Source: an uncultured bacterium (lineage in GTDB: Bacteria; Patescibacteriota; Minisyncoccia; Phycocordibacterales; PALSA-1337). Taken from it: a stretch of 64,000 bases of DNA. Below, piece by piece: positions 19,283 through 29,399 of this stretch. The DNA lies in NCBI GenBank assembly GCA_963701025.1, contig OY969557.1:737953-801952 (forward strand). The letters are read 5' to 3'. Numbering within the stretch: position 1 is the first letter of the stretch; every line of letters begins with the position of its first letter. The notes below the pieces were generated by a model. The model made no database searches. It was not told where the DNA came from and was given only the letters and a program-made list of their open reading frames with translations. The position numbers were made by a program, and so were the translations under genes.

Positions 19283-21142
19283 ATGACTTTTAAAAGATCA
19301 CTTATCGTATCAGCCATCATTTCGCTTTCGGCCATATCAGTCGCCTTCTTATTTTCAGGAGTTTCAGTCATGGCCGCGACAGGAGGCGCGTTTTCGACCG
19401 ACATGGGCGTCGGCGCGACCGGACCGTCTGTTTCGGCTCTGCAGACCCTGCTCATAAGCGGTGGTTTCCATATTCCTTCGATAGAGAACGGACTTAATCC
19501 GAAAGGCCGTTTTGGTAGTCAGACCAAGAAAGCCGTACAGCAGTACCAGATCGCTCACAAGATCTCAGCCACAGGCTTCGTCGGCCCGATAACCAGGGCG
19601 TCTTTGAATGGGATCACATCCTCAAGCGCCACGAGCACGCCTATGATCGTTTCCCATATCCTCGTCGTGGCCAGCACATCCACTTCTCCCGCCTCGGTCA
19701 TAACCACCATAGGTACCGCCGGAACCCTCGCTACATCTCTCTGGTCTTCTCCTTCTGACGGCACCGTCGTCTACAAGGGTCAGTCCTACGATGTCGTAGC
19801 CTACAAGCTCCAGGCTGCCGCTTCGGACATGGCCGTTCAGTCCATCTCCCTCGACTTCAACACCCGCCTCTGGCTCTACGCCAGCACCATCACCCTCAAG
19901 GATGACACCGGTGCCGTCGTTGGTCAGGTCAGCAACTTGAACTCGAGCAACTTCAGCGAGCTCACGGTCGGTTCCGATTACCGCGTGACCATCCCGATCA
20001 GCAACTACGTGGTCAAGGCGACTCAGACCCGTTACATCACGGCTAACATCACCTTCCTCGCCGTCTCTGATCGCGCAACAGGCAACATCAGCGTCACTCA
20101 AGCTCAAATCCGTGCTGTTGACGGCACCGGCGTGACTGACACGGAGACACTCGCTTCAACCCGCACCTTCAGCTATCAGGGCAGTGGCGGTCTCATCGTG
20201 TTCACGGTCGACGCCCAATCTCCTCCGAACATGCTCGTACCCATCTCCACTTCAGTCCCCACGGATAATATTCCTCTGGGAGTCGTTGATATCACATCGC
20301 AGGGAAGGGATTCCACCATGACCGACATGACGCTCTATGTGAATACGAGCGTCGATACGACCACGAATATCTCGAATGTATTGAGGGATATCAAAGTCCA
20401 ATCAGGCGCTCTCATCTATTCGGCAGACTCGATAATCTACACCACTGCCGGGTCCGTGGTCACATTCAATAACATGCATATTCCTCTCGCCAAGGACCAA
20501 GGAGTCCCGGTCGCCATCCTGGTCGACGTGAACCCGGACACGAATCATTCTCTCGACGGCATCAGCGCTTCGACGACGCTGGTCGCGAGCGGTACCACGG
20601 GCGGCGCGGACAACAATCCCGTCATCGTCGATTCGAGCTTCACGACGGTGGACATCAATGACGCACCCCTCCTCTCGAGCGATATCACCTTCTCCGCCAG
20701 CGATAGCCACATAGACTACCTGGCGACCTCTAGCATGACCTTCGGCGCGCCGACCATGAACAACAACATAGCCACCGCCTACCCGGTGACGGCCGTGTTC
20801 ACCTTAGTCGCCGGGGATAACACTCTGTATGTGAGCGCGTCGGCTAATACCGCTCTGGCGACTAGTTCGATCGGACTTTCCTCTAACTCGAACGCTCAAC
20901 TAGTGGATACTACCGCCAATCCAGGCACGCTGGCTGGCGATACGTCGACATACTTCGTCATCCCCGCCGGTTCTTCGCGCCAATTCACTTATCGCGGATT
21001 TCTCTCGAATACCGGCGGTACGAGCGGGCTTAAGACCTTAGAGATAAATGGCATACGCTATGGAACCGACGCCGGAAACTTGAGCGCCGATACGGTCGTC
21101 TATTATAACTACGCGACCCTTAAAGCCTCCATCGGCTTCTAG
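19283..21142 (+). CDS. Surface protein paralogue 2 (intact): signal peptide + PG-binding-like domain + beta-rich domain
   Basis: The 'VSALQTLLISGGFH...GSQTKKAVQQYQIAHKISATGFVGPITRASL' block matches the PG_binding_1 signature. Long stretches are >90% identical to paralogue 1 at the nucleotide level. Confidence 0.65.
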   Translation: MTFKRSLIVSAIISLSAISVAFLFSGVSVMAATGGAFSTDMGVGATGPSVSALQTLLISGGFHIPSIENGLNPKGRFGSQTKKAVQQYQIAHKISATGFVGPITRASLNGITSSSATSTPMIVSHILVVASTSTSPASVITTIGTAGTLATSLWSSPSDGTVVYKGQSYDVVAYKLQAAASDMAVQSISLDFNTRLWLYASTITLKDDTGAVVGQVSNLNSSNFSELTVGSDYRVTIPISNYVVKATQTRYITANITFLAVSDRATGNISVTQAQIRAVDGTGVTDTETLASTRTFSYQGSGGLIVFTVDAQSPPNMLVPISTSVPTDNIPLGVVDITSQGRDSTMTDMTLYVNTSVDTTTNISNVLRDIKVQSGALIYSADSIIYTTAGSVVTFNNMHIPLAKDQGVPVAILVDVNPDTNHSLDGISASTTLVASGTTGGADNNPVIVDSSFTTVDINDAPLLSSDITFSASDSHIDYLATSSMTFGAPTMNNNIATAYPVTAVFTLVAGDNTLYVSASANTALATSSIGLSSNSNAQLVDTTANPGTLAGDTSTYFVIPAGSSRQFTYRGFLSNTGGTSGLKTLEINGIRYGTDAGNLSADTVVYYNYATLKASIGF

Positions 21143-22170
21143 TGGGCTTTGATCGAAAAACATACATGTCCAAGAATCGGCTCATCCCGTCTATAGCCCT
21201 TATTTTCCTCGTCGGTGGGCTTTGTGGGTGGATGGCACGCGACTGGCATCTATTTCTGCCGCGAGCAACGCCCATGCCGACCGTCCAGATAAGGGCGGAT
21301 CTGCCGACGTACAGATTCATCAACCCGCTTCTTTTCTCCGAGAGCCCTAAGGACTCATCGGCGCAGTTCAGACAGCTCTCATCCGCTATCGGCGACTTTG
21401 TCGCCTTGGAAGAGAAGAACACCGACGCGAGCGACATATCGGTTTATTTCCGCGATCTGAACGGCGGGCGATGGACGGGGGTGAATGAAGACGACACATA
21501 CCGGCCGTCGAGCATGCTCAAGGTCATCGCCATGATGGCGGCCTTGGAGATCGCGCAGAATGATCAGGAATTCCTGTCGAAACAGCTCGATTATCAGAGC
21601 TCCGATCACACTGATCAGTATTACAAGCCGGGAGACTCTTTGTCGACCGGACAATACAGCGTCCAGCAACTGATCAATGCCATGATCGTATATTCCGATA
21701 ACGACGCTTTGAGCGCGTTGCTCGCGGATCAGGACGTGCAGGACCGCTTCAACAGTCTCTACGCGCTTTTCCGCTTGCCGGTATACTCGACGAGCACGCC
21801 GGATTTCATGTCGCCGAAATCCTACTCGGCGGTATTCAGGACGCTCTATAATTCTGCCGTATTCCCTTGGGACCTTTCGGAACAGATACTCCATCTCCTT
21901 TCCGAGACGACATTCGACAACGGCATCGTGGCCGGCGTGCCAGCCGGTACGGTCGTGGCTCACAAATTCGGCGAAAATACCGCCGTAGAAAACACGGGCA
22001 CCATCGTCGATCGCGAGCTCCACGATTGCGGCATTATCTATTATCCAGGTCACCCGTATCTTCTCTGCGTCATGACCAGAGGTTCTAATTTTCCCAAGCT
22101 GGAAGGCGTCATATCCGGTATTTCCAAGATCGCCTATAGTTTTGTCAGCGGCGGCAATCTCGGTCAGTAA
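21142..22170 (+). CDS. Class A beta-lactamase-fold serine hydrolase (penicillin-binding / DD-peptidase-like)
   Basis: 'SSMLK' (SxxK), 'YSDN' (SDN) and 'HKFG' (a KTG-like triad) are present, with an N-terminal TM anchor. Confidence 0.6.
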   Translation: MGFDRKTYMSKNRLIPSIALIFLVGGLCGWMARDWHLFLPRATPMPTVQIRADLPTYRFINPLLFSESPKDSSAQFRQLSSAIGDFVALEEKNTDASDISVYFRDLNGGRWTGVNEDDTYRPSSMLKVIAMMAALEIAQNDQEFLSKQLDYQSSDHTDQYYKPGDSLSTGQYSVQQLINAMIVYSDNDALSALLADQDVQDRFNSLYALFRLPVYSTSTPDFMSPKSYSAVFRTLYNSAVFPWDLSEQILHLLSETTFDNGIVAGVPAGTVVAHKFGENTAVENTGTIVDRELHDCGIIYYPGHPYLLCVMTRGSNFPKLEGVISGISKIAYSFVSGGNLGQ

Positions 22171-22215
22171 AAATGATGTATACTTATAGTATATTAACAT
22201 CATCTATCTAGCATA

Positions 22216-23725
22216 ATGAAAAAAATATCATCCGCATCATTAGTGTCAGCCATCTTCTCTCTGACCATTTTCGCCTGCTCTTATACGTTTTGTGTGCCGA
22301 ACGCCAGCGCCTCGTCATTTCCGTCGCTCACCCTGTCGAGCAACGGTTCGATAGTCCAGGCCATCGTATCCAACGCTGATCCCAACGCGACCGTCACGTT
22401 CTTCTATCCGTCAGGGTCGTCGAATGCCTCGGTCAATATAGGCACGACCGATTCGAACGGCTATCTCACAGCACAGATTAATCCGGGCTCGTACAGCATA
22501 TCTACGGGCAATCCGGTATACGTGCGGGTCAATAGCGGGCAATCCCCGACCGCCACCTGGCCCTCCGTCTCAAGCGGTTCCTCCGGTTCCGGCGTAAGCT
22601 TGTATCTCACCCAGACGAGCGTCTCGCTCAATGTTGGCCAGAGCGTCAACATCACTGCCTCCAATGTCATAGGATCATTGTCCGTGCCGGGCAATAGCAA
22701 CCCTTCCGCGGCTAGCGCTTCGGCGAACGGCAACATCATCACGGTCTCCGGTCTGGCGAACGGCACTAGCGCCATAACGGTCTGCGCTTCGTCGAGCGGC
22801 TGTTCCACCATCAATGTCACCGTCCAGCCTTCCAATCTGACGTCCCCGGCCATATATCTAAATCCGAACAGTCTGAATCTTTCCTCGGGCCAAAGCCAGA
22901 CCGTTTCCATCACCGGCTACGCCTCCGGGCCGTATTATATTTCGGGGAATACCGGCTCGAATGCCGTGAGCGCGGCGGTCAGCAACAGCAGTCTTATCCT
23001 GACCGGGCTCGCAGTGGGCAATTCGAACATAACCGTCTGCGCCACGGGCGGCCAGTGTGGCACGATGTTCGTCAACGTCTCCTCCGGCTCGGCGTCAGGG
23101 AATACCGGTTTGCCGCCGGTCCTGTCTTCGGTGAGCATTTCATCGAGCGGAAATAATAATAATAATTCATTTGTCAGCGCGGGAACGGCGATCACTATAT
23201 CATTCACCGCCAATCAGCAGGTGGTCAATCCCCAAGTCAGAGTGAACGGATCCCAGATCCTGACGAACGGCTCCGGTGCGGGCCCTTACACAGCCACCTA
23301 CACGGTGACGGGCGCTGAAAGCATGCCCATACCGATAGTCATAAGCTTCGCTAGCCTGTCCGGATCCTCCGGCCAGACGTACTTCTGGTTCGGCAATTCT
23401 CCTACGGCCCCGTCGGTCAGTTCCGCGACGATAACGGCCGTTTCCGGCGTACAAACGCCTATCTCTCAAACGCCTGCTCCTTCTGGTTCCTATTCCTTCA
23501 CCAAGTATCTTTACATAGGCATGACCAAATTGGGCGTATCCGACCCGGACGTCACCGCCCTCCAACGGCGTCTGAAGGCCGACGGCATATATTCCGGTCC
23601 GGTGACCGGATATTTCGGTTCCCAAACTAAAGTAGCCGTCGAGACGTATCAGAAAGAAGCACGGATTGAGTACTCTCGGAGTGGTCGGACCGGGCACCCG
23701 CAATCTGCTCAATCAGGGGATATAG
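22216..23725 (+). pseudogene. Ig-like (Big_2) repeat surface protein with a C-terminal PG-binding-like domain. An apparent 1-nt deletion near 23651-23660 runs it into the next gene as a 946-aa ORF.
   Basis: In the +1 frame the C-terminus reads 'KHGLSTLGVVGPGTRNLLNQGI*'. That completes the PG-binding domain by analogy with the paralogues and stops at 23723-23725, just before the next ATG. Confidence 0.5.
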
Positions 23726-23730
23726 ATTTC

Positions 23731-25056
23731 ATGATAATGAAAGAAAACATCCGGCGCGTCTCGATCGCCGCGCTGTTCCTTATCCCGTTATTCCCGCTCG
23801 TCGTCACTCCTTTTCTGGCCTCGCCGTTCATAACCGGCCAAGCCTTCTTTTTCAGGATCCTGGTAGAGATCGCTTTTACCGGTTGGGTCATCCTGACTTG
23901 CGTCGACGCGACATATCGACCGAAATGGACTCCGATGACGATAGCGGTCTGCGCGTTCACGCTCATCGTCCTCGTTGCCGACCTTGCCGGAGTAGATCCT
24001 CTGCGCAGTCTTTGGTCTAACCTAGAGCGTATGGAAGGATGGATCGATATAGTCCACCTCTGGGCGTTATACATGGTGATGGCCAACATGTTCGACAGGC
24101 GCCTCTGGCATCGGTGGCTCGGTGTCTCTCTTGCGGTGGCGGCAATCGTCGCCGTATACGGATTATGCCAGCAATTCGGCCTTGCCCCCTATCATTACCA
24201 GATCGGCAGATTGGACGCGTCCTTCGGCAATCCGACTTATCTGGCTGAATATCTGCTCGCGCACATTTTTATCGCCGGTTATTTATTCTTTGTCGCCAAG
24301 CGGCTCGGCGATGCCGTCGTCCGGCCGTCTGTGTGGCGATGGGCATATCCGATCTTGGCCGCATTGTTTGCTTTTGACATCTTCGAGACGGCCACTCGCG
24401 GCGCCATCATCGGGTTGATCGTGGGGATCCTCGCCGCCCTGGCATGGTATGCCGTTTTCGGCACGGGAGAGTCAAGGAAATGGCGCGCGATCTCCGGCGG
24501 TATCGTCGGTTTTATCGTCATTATCGGGATGATCTTCTTTTTGACGAGGAGCGCTCCTATCTATCAGAAAAACTATACCTTGAGCCGTCTCGCTTCCATC
24601 TCGTGGAGCAATACCGGCGATCAGGCCCGGCAATATATATGGCCGATAGCGTTGAAGGGGATAGCGGAGCGGCCGATCCTCGGCTGGGGCCAGGAAGATT
24701 TCAATTACGTGTTCAATGCTGGCTATGATCCGGCCATGTATGGGCAGGAGCAATGGTTCGACCGGGCGCACGATTCATACCTTGATTGGGCGATCGCGTC
24801 GGGCATCGTCGGTTTGATGGCATATCTCGCCTTGTATGTCCTGTTCCTCTTGGCTGTTTGGAGATCAGCCTTAGACGTCCCCGAGAAAAGCGTCCTTATC
24901 GGGCTCATTGCCGGATACGCCGTATTCAACATATTCACTTTCGACACTTTGGCGAGCTATGTCTTTTTCTTCGCCTTGCTCGCTTACGCTAATTCATTGA
25001 AGGGACGAAATTTTCCGAGGGATAGACTTTCCCCGCCTCGCATCGCGGGAAGATGA
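23731..25056 (+). CDS. O-antigen ligase / Wzy_C-domain polytopic membrane protein
   Basis: Multiple TM segments and a 'WGQEDFNYVF...DRAHDSYLDWAIASGIVGL' periplasmic loop typical of Wzy_C (RfaL-like) proteins. It starts at the 'MIMKEN' Met, which has an AGGGGA RBS upstream. Confidence 0.55.
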   Translation: MIMKENIRRVSIAALFLIPLFPLVVTPFLASPFITGQAFFFRILVEIAFTGWVILTCVDATYRPKWTPMTIAVCAFTLIVLVADLAGVDPLRSLWSNLERMEGWIDIVHLWALYMVMANMFDRRLWHRWLGVSLAVAAIVAVYGLCQQFGLAPYHYQIGRLDASFGNPTYLAEYLLAHIFIAGYLFFVAKRLGDAVVRPSVWRWAYPILAALFAFDIFETATRGAIIGLIVGILAALAWYAVFGTGESRKWRAISGGIVGFIVIIGMIFFLTRSAPIYQKNYTLSRLASISWSNTGDQARQYIWPIALKGIAERPILGWGQEDFNYVFNAGYDPAMYGQEQWFDRAHDSYLDWAIASGIVGLMAYLALYVLFLLAVWRSALDVPEKSVLIGLIAGYAVFNIFTFDTLASYVFFFALLAYANSLKGRNFPRDRLSPPRIAGR

Positions 25057-25913
25057 GCGTTGGCGCGGGCAATGCCGAAGTGATCGTCGCTCTCGCGGGG
25101 CTTGCCGTCATCATCTACGTCTTCAACATCCGGCCGATCGAGGCGAGCGCGGCATCGATCGCGGCCTTCGATACGTGCTCGAAAAATGATCCGAACATTG
25201 TCTTATTCCAAAGAGCCTTAGACACGAAAGCGACCATGGCCGATCAGGACATACAAGAGCGATTATTGTCATGCGCGCTCAATGTCATAAGCAATCCATC
25301 GGTATCCGAAGAGACCAAGCGGGACTTTCTGGACTTGGCGATAAGGGGAAATGAAGACGAGATAGCTTCCGCTCCGGCCGATGCCCGTCCGTATGCTTTG
25401 GGCGGAGCATTTCTGGATCAAGTCGGAGATTTCATACGCGCGGCGCCGCTCCTGGAGACGGCGCACGCGCTCATGCCGGCTAAGGAGACTATCAGTTTTG
25501 AGCTCGCCATCAATTATCTGCAACAGGACAAGAAAGATCAGGCATTGGCCTTGTTGAAGAGAGTATACGAATCGGCTCCCGGATACGGTAAGGCCCAGTC
25601 CGCGTATGCGGTAGGTCTTGTCATCGTCGGAGAGGACGCGCAAGCAAGTCAGATATTCGGCGCCGACCAGAGCGCCATCTCTTCGGCACAAGCGTATATG
25701 TCGTCGGGACAGTACTCAAAGGCCATGGATTTGATCCAAAGCATTGTCGCAAGCCAACAAAACGACGTGAGCGCGCGCATACAGCAGGCCCAGATATTAT
25801 ATTCGTCCGGCATGGTGTCCGAAGCGATCCAGACCATGCGTTCGATCGAGAACGACCATCCGGAATTGACCGGCCAAATAGAGGCGGCGATCAGGGAAGT
25901 GCAGAATCGATAA
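25053..25913 (+). CDS. TPR-like repeat protein with an N-terminal TM anchor
   Basis: Helical repeat character ('ALALLKRVYESAPGYGKAQSAYAVGL'). The start overlaps the preceding stop by 4 nt. Confidence 0.4.
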   Translation: MSVGAGNAEVIVALAGLAVIIYVFNIRPIEASAASIAAFDTCSKNDPNIVLFQRALDTKATMADQDIQERLLSCALNVISNPSVSEETKRDFLDLAIRGNEDEIASAPADARPYALGGAFLDQVGDFIRAAPLLETAHALMPAKETISFELAINYLQQDKKDQALALLKRVYESAPGYGKAQSAYAVGLVIVGEDAQASQIFGADQSAISSAQAYMSSGQYSKAMDLIQSIVASQQNDVSARIQQAQILYSSGMVSEAIQTMRSIENDHPELTGQIEAAIREVQNR

Positions 25914-27135
25914 GGTCAAGATACTTTCTTGTCTCAACCGACCGGGAGAATAGCTTCACGAGCGTCGAACGGCCGTTTGCGCCCAGTCGCGCCGCCAAGG
26001 CCTGGTCTTTCTTCAGGCGCAGGATGGCGGAAGCGAGAGATTTGCCGTCAGCCGCTCCTATGCCGATATCGTTATCCTCGACGAGACGATAGAGCTCATT
26101 GCCTTTTTCGGTGACGGCGATGATCGGCCTTCCCGCGGCCATGTAGCTGTACGTTTTGACGGGGAAACCGAAACGGTCCATGCCCGGCTTCAAGGCCACA
26201 ATGCCGCAATCGGCGGTCGCCAGGAGATCGTTGTAGCTTTCCGTCGGCACATAGCCTATGAATGATATGTTATCAAGACCTCTTTTCCTCGCTTGTTCCT
26301 GAAGATAGAGTTTTTTTCCTCCTTCCCCGGCGAACAGAAATACGATGTCTTTGCCGTCCGTCGATCCTCTTTTGTCCTTCAATATTTCCGCCGCCTCAAG
26401 TACGGGATCGAGATCTTGTATCAGGCCTATGTTGCCGGCGTAGAGAGCCACGAATCTTCGGTCATATCCGGTGAGCCTTGACCAGGCATTGTCTTTAGCC
26501 GCGGGGAAGACCTGTTCGGGATCCTCCCAGTTGGCGATGACGACGGACTTACCGGCCCATGCGCTATAGTGTGGATCATCGGAGAAATACCTCCGCATGG
26601 CCTCGCCCAAAACGACGATCTTCTCCGCGCGCCTGAATCCGGAGCGGTTGAGGCCGTACATGGCGCGGGCCATGACGCCGCCGGGGGAGGCATATCCCAG
26701 ATGGATGGCCAAGTCGGGATACAGATCCTGGATCATGAAATAGACGGGTTTGCCGAATATCAGGTGAACGGCCGCGCACAAGCCGGAGAGGGTCGGCGGA
26801 TTGGACACGACGATGACTTTGTCGGCCCAGCGGAAGAGCCGGAATTGCAGCATGGCGGCGGCGGTGAACAGGAAATAGCTCGATATTCTGCCGAAAACAC
26901 TGTCTTTGTTCAGGGCTCCCGGTCCCACTCTTTTTACCTTGATCGGGCTGTCGTATGTGCCGTACGGGCACTCGCTATAATAGCGCGTGCGGCCGGCTAT
27001 CACTCTGACTTCCTTGCCGTATGAGACGAGATCAGCGGCCAATTCCGCCATGACCTGCCCGGTCGAGGCCATGTCCGGAGAGAAATACTGCGAAACGATG
27101 AGGATCTTCTCTCTCTTTTCGGCCGGGATTTCCAT
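25891..27135 (-). CDS. Glycosyltransferase family 4 (GT-B, group 1)
   Basis: The C-terminal 'GYVPTESYNDLL...DRFGFPVKTYSYMAAGRPIIA' block (EX7E-like region) identifies GT4. Confidence 0.75.
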   Translation of the reverse strand: MEIPAEKREKILIVSQYFSPDMASTGQVMAELAADLVSYGKEVRVIAGRTRYYSECPYGTYDSPIKVKRVGPGALNKDSVFGRISSYFLFTAAAMLQFRLFRWADKVIVVSNPPTLSGLCAAVHLIFGKPVYFMIQDLYPDLAIHLGYASPGGVMARAMYGLNRSGFRRAEKIVVLGEAMRRYFSDDPHYSAWAGKSVVIANWEDPEQVFPAAKDNAWSRLTGYDRRFVALYAGNIGLIQDLDPVLEAAEILKDKRGSTDGKDIVFLFAGEGGKKLYLQEQARKRGLDNISFIGYVPTESYNDLLATADCGIVALKPGMDRFGFPVKTYSYMAAGRPIIAVTEKGNELYRLVEDNDIGIGAADGKSLASAILRLKKDQALAARLGANGRSTLVKLFSRSVETRKYLDLIDSALP

Positions 27136-27220
27136 TATTCGTTTATCCTAACACAATTTGTACTTTGAAATACATTTTGTCGTGCAGAGCCTTTTGTCCA
27201 CAGGGGACTGGACTTTTTGA

Positions 27221-27244
27221 CAGTTTTAAGTATACTTAAAACTG
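27221..27244. promoter_or_regulatory. Perfect 24-bp palindrome CAGTTTTAAGTATACTTAAAACTG, with a third TTTTAAGTA half-site abutting the ATG at 27272
   Basis: Seen directly. A related TAAGCATACTTA motif lies upstream of the paralogous ATPase at 29349-29360. Confidence 0.5.
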
Positions 27245-27271
27245 TTTAGCAAACATTAACTGATTTTAAGT

Positions 27272-28480
27272 ATGGATAAAACATATCAAAAACGCCCATA
27301 TTATATAGACAAGATCAGGCCTTTTATAGGTTCGGATCTTATAAAAGTCATCATTGGTCAGCGCAGAGTGGGCAAGAGCTATATCCTGTTTCAGTTGATG
27401 GATGAGATCAAGGCACAAGACAAAAAGGCCAACATAGTCTATATAAATAAAGAGGAGAATGAATTTGAGGCCATAGTAAATTACCGGGATTTGATAGTCT
27501 ACGTCGAAAAGCGTGCCATTGACGGAGTTAATAATTATCTGTTCATAGATGAGATCCAGGACATAGAGAATTTTGAAAAGGCTTTGCGTCATTTGGCGGC
27601 CAAAAAGACCTTCGATCTGTATTGCACCGGCAGCAATGCCAGACTGCTTTCCTCGGAGATCGCGACGGGATTCTCCGGCCGTTATATCGAGATTCCCATA
27701 CACACGTTGTCCTATCGGGAATTTCTAAGTTTTCAAAATCTGGAGGCCAATGAAGATACGCTTTTAAAATATATCCGCTACGGCGGCCTGCCGTATATCG
27801 CCCATTTGGAATTGAATGATGAGATCGTATACGGTTATCTGCGTAGCATCTACAGCACCATAATACTGAAAGACGTCGTGGTGCGTTTCAGGATAAGGAA
27901 TGTGAATTTTCTAAATAGGCTTCTGGAATATTTAGCTCTAAACATAGGATCGTTGGTATCCGCCAACCGCATCAGCGATTTTCTGAAATCGCAGAAGATC
28001 AAGACGACGCCTAACATAGTCTTGGATTACTTGTCCTACCTTTCCTCCAGTTTCATCATCCATGAAGTCAATCGCACCGACATAAGGGGCAAGAAGATAT
28101 TCGAGATCAACGAAAAATATTATTGGGAAGATCTGGGGCTTCGGAATTCCCTCGTCGGCTATAAGGCGGCAGAGATAGGGCAGATGCTCGAGAATCTGGT
28201 TTTTTCGCATCTGGCGCGCCTCGGGTTCAAGATCAACGTTGGCCAATTGGAGGACAAGGAGATAGATTTCGTCGCGGAAAAGGATGGCCGAAAGATATAC
28301 ATCCAAGTAGCTTATTTGATCGGAGACCAAGCCGTTAAAGACAGGGAGTTCGGAAATCTTCTCGCCATCCATGATAATTATCAGAAGTTGGTCATATCGA
28401 TGGACAGATTGATAGGAGACGATTATCAAGGCATCAAGCATTACGGAATCGTGGATTTTTTAAGGAATGATATACTTTAG
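27272..28480 (+). CDS. AAA+ ATPase of the AAA_14 + DUF4143 (COG1373-like) family, paralogue 1
   Basis: Walker A 'GQRRVGKSY', Walker B 'LFIDEIQ' and a DUF4143-like C-terminal half. Confidence 0.65.
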   Translation: MDKTYQKRPYYIDKIRPFIGSDLIKVIIGQRRVGKSYILFQLMDEIKAQDKKANIVYINKEENEFEAIVNYRDLIVYVEKRAIDGVNNYLFIDEIQDIENFEKALRHLAAKKTFDLYCTGSNARLLSSEIATGFSGRYIEIPIHTLSYREFLSFQNLEANEDTLLKYIRYGGLPYIAHLELNDEIVYGYLRSIYSTIILKDVVVRFRIRNVNFLNRLLEYLALNIGSLVSANRISDFLKSQKIKTTPNIVLDYLSYLSSSFIIHEVNRTDIRGKKIFEINEKYYWEDLGLRNSLVGYKAAEIGQMLENLVFSHLARLGFKINVGQLEDKEIDFVAEKDGRKIYIQVAYLIGDQAVKDREFGNLLAIHDNYQKLVISMDRLIGDDYQGIKHYGIVDFLRNDIL

Positions 28481-28489
28481 GTATCTTTT

Positions 28490-29269
28490 ATGACCAAAAG
28501 CCACGAAAACTACCGGGAATTGGTCATGCGCATAGCCAAGACCGACTTCAAGCTCCGCTATCACGGCAGCGTCCTCGGCTATGTCTGGGTGATCCTGAAG
28601 CCGCTCCTCATGTTCGCCATCCTCAATTTCGTCTTTTCATCCCTGTTCAATTTCCGCAATTCCGGCACGCCGTATTATCCTCTGGAGCTCTTGACCGCCT
28701 TGCTCCTGTTCCAATTCTTCTCCGAAGCGACCATGACCGGTCTGACTTCGCTCGTCACCAAAGCCCAGTTGGTGACCAAGATATATGTGCCGAGATGGAC
28801 TATCGTCTTGGGATCAACCATGAACGCTTTGTTCATCTTCGGCATGAATCTGATCGTCCTCGCCCTGTTTTTTTTCTATTATCATAAAATGCCGACTCTT
28901 TCCGGAGCGGCCATGTTCGTCATATATTCACTGCTCCTGTACATACTGGCGGTGGCGTTCTCTTTCCTGACGGCTCCGCTCTATGTCCGTTTCCGCGATC
29001 TGTCTACCATTTGGGAAGTGCTGCTATCGGTCATCATGTACGCGTCGCCGATCATATATCCATTGACCATTATGCCCGTCCACATACGGTCTATTCTCAT
29101 GCTTGATCCGTTCGCCTTCATTGTCAATTATGCCAAGCAAGGATTGATCAACGACCAATTCGCCGCCGGCTGGCATTTCGCGGTTTTGTTTTTCGGCATC
29201 ATCATCGCGGTCATCCTGGCCTTCCTGGTCTTCAGGAAATACGAGAAGACCGTGGCTGAACTGATATGA
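28490..29269 (+). CDS. ABC-2 type polysaccharide exporter permease (Wzm/TagG-like)
   Basis: Six TM segments and the N-terminal 'DFKLRYHGSVLGYVWVILKP' signature of ABC-2 permeases. Confidence 0.7.
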   Translation: MTKSHENYRELVMRIAKTDFKLRYHGSVLGYVWVILKPLLMFAILNFVFSSLFNFRNSGTPYYPLELLTALLLFQFFSEATMTGLTSLVTKAQLVTKIYVPRWTIVLGSTMNALFIFGMNLIVLALFFFYYHKMPTLSGAAMFVIYSLLLYILAVAFSFLTAPLYVRFRDLSTIWEVLLSVIMYASPIIYPLTIMPVHIRSILMLDPFAFIVNYAKQGLINDQFAAGWHFAVLFFGIIIAVILAFLVFRKYEKTVAELI

Positions 29270-29291
29270 AGAACAAAGTCGTAGAACATAG

Positions 29292-29320
29292 TTGACATTT
29301 ATATGAACTTAGACTATGAT
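29292..29320 (+). promoter_or_regulatory. Sigma70-like promoter: TTGACA, 17-nt spacer, TATGAT
   Basis: The -35 sits at 29292-29297 and the -10 at 29315-29320, upstream of the second ATPase gene. Confidence 0.5.
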
Positions 29321-29399
29321 ATACTAATGTTTTAGATTAGATTTTACATAAGCATACTTATAGTCTAGTGAATATAAGTAAAATACGCCTTAAAATAAC

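Noticed and set aside
17147-21142. The near-identical surface-protein paralogues read as template and variable repeats of a diversity-generating retroelement
   Set aside because: The differences between the copies are not adenine-specific. No reverse transcriptase or accessory variability determinant is in the window. Ordinary tandem duplication or gene conversion explains the identity.
22216-25056. The single 946-aa ORF read as a genuine fusion of an Ig-repeat surface protein with an O-antigen ligase
   Set aside because: A +1 shift at ~23655 gives a textbook completion of the PG-binding domain and a stop codon 5 nt before an ATG with an RBS that starts the ligase. Two genes with an indel in the first fits better than a fusion.
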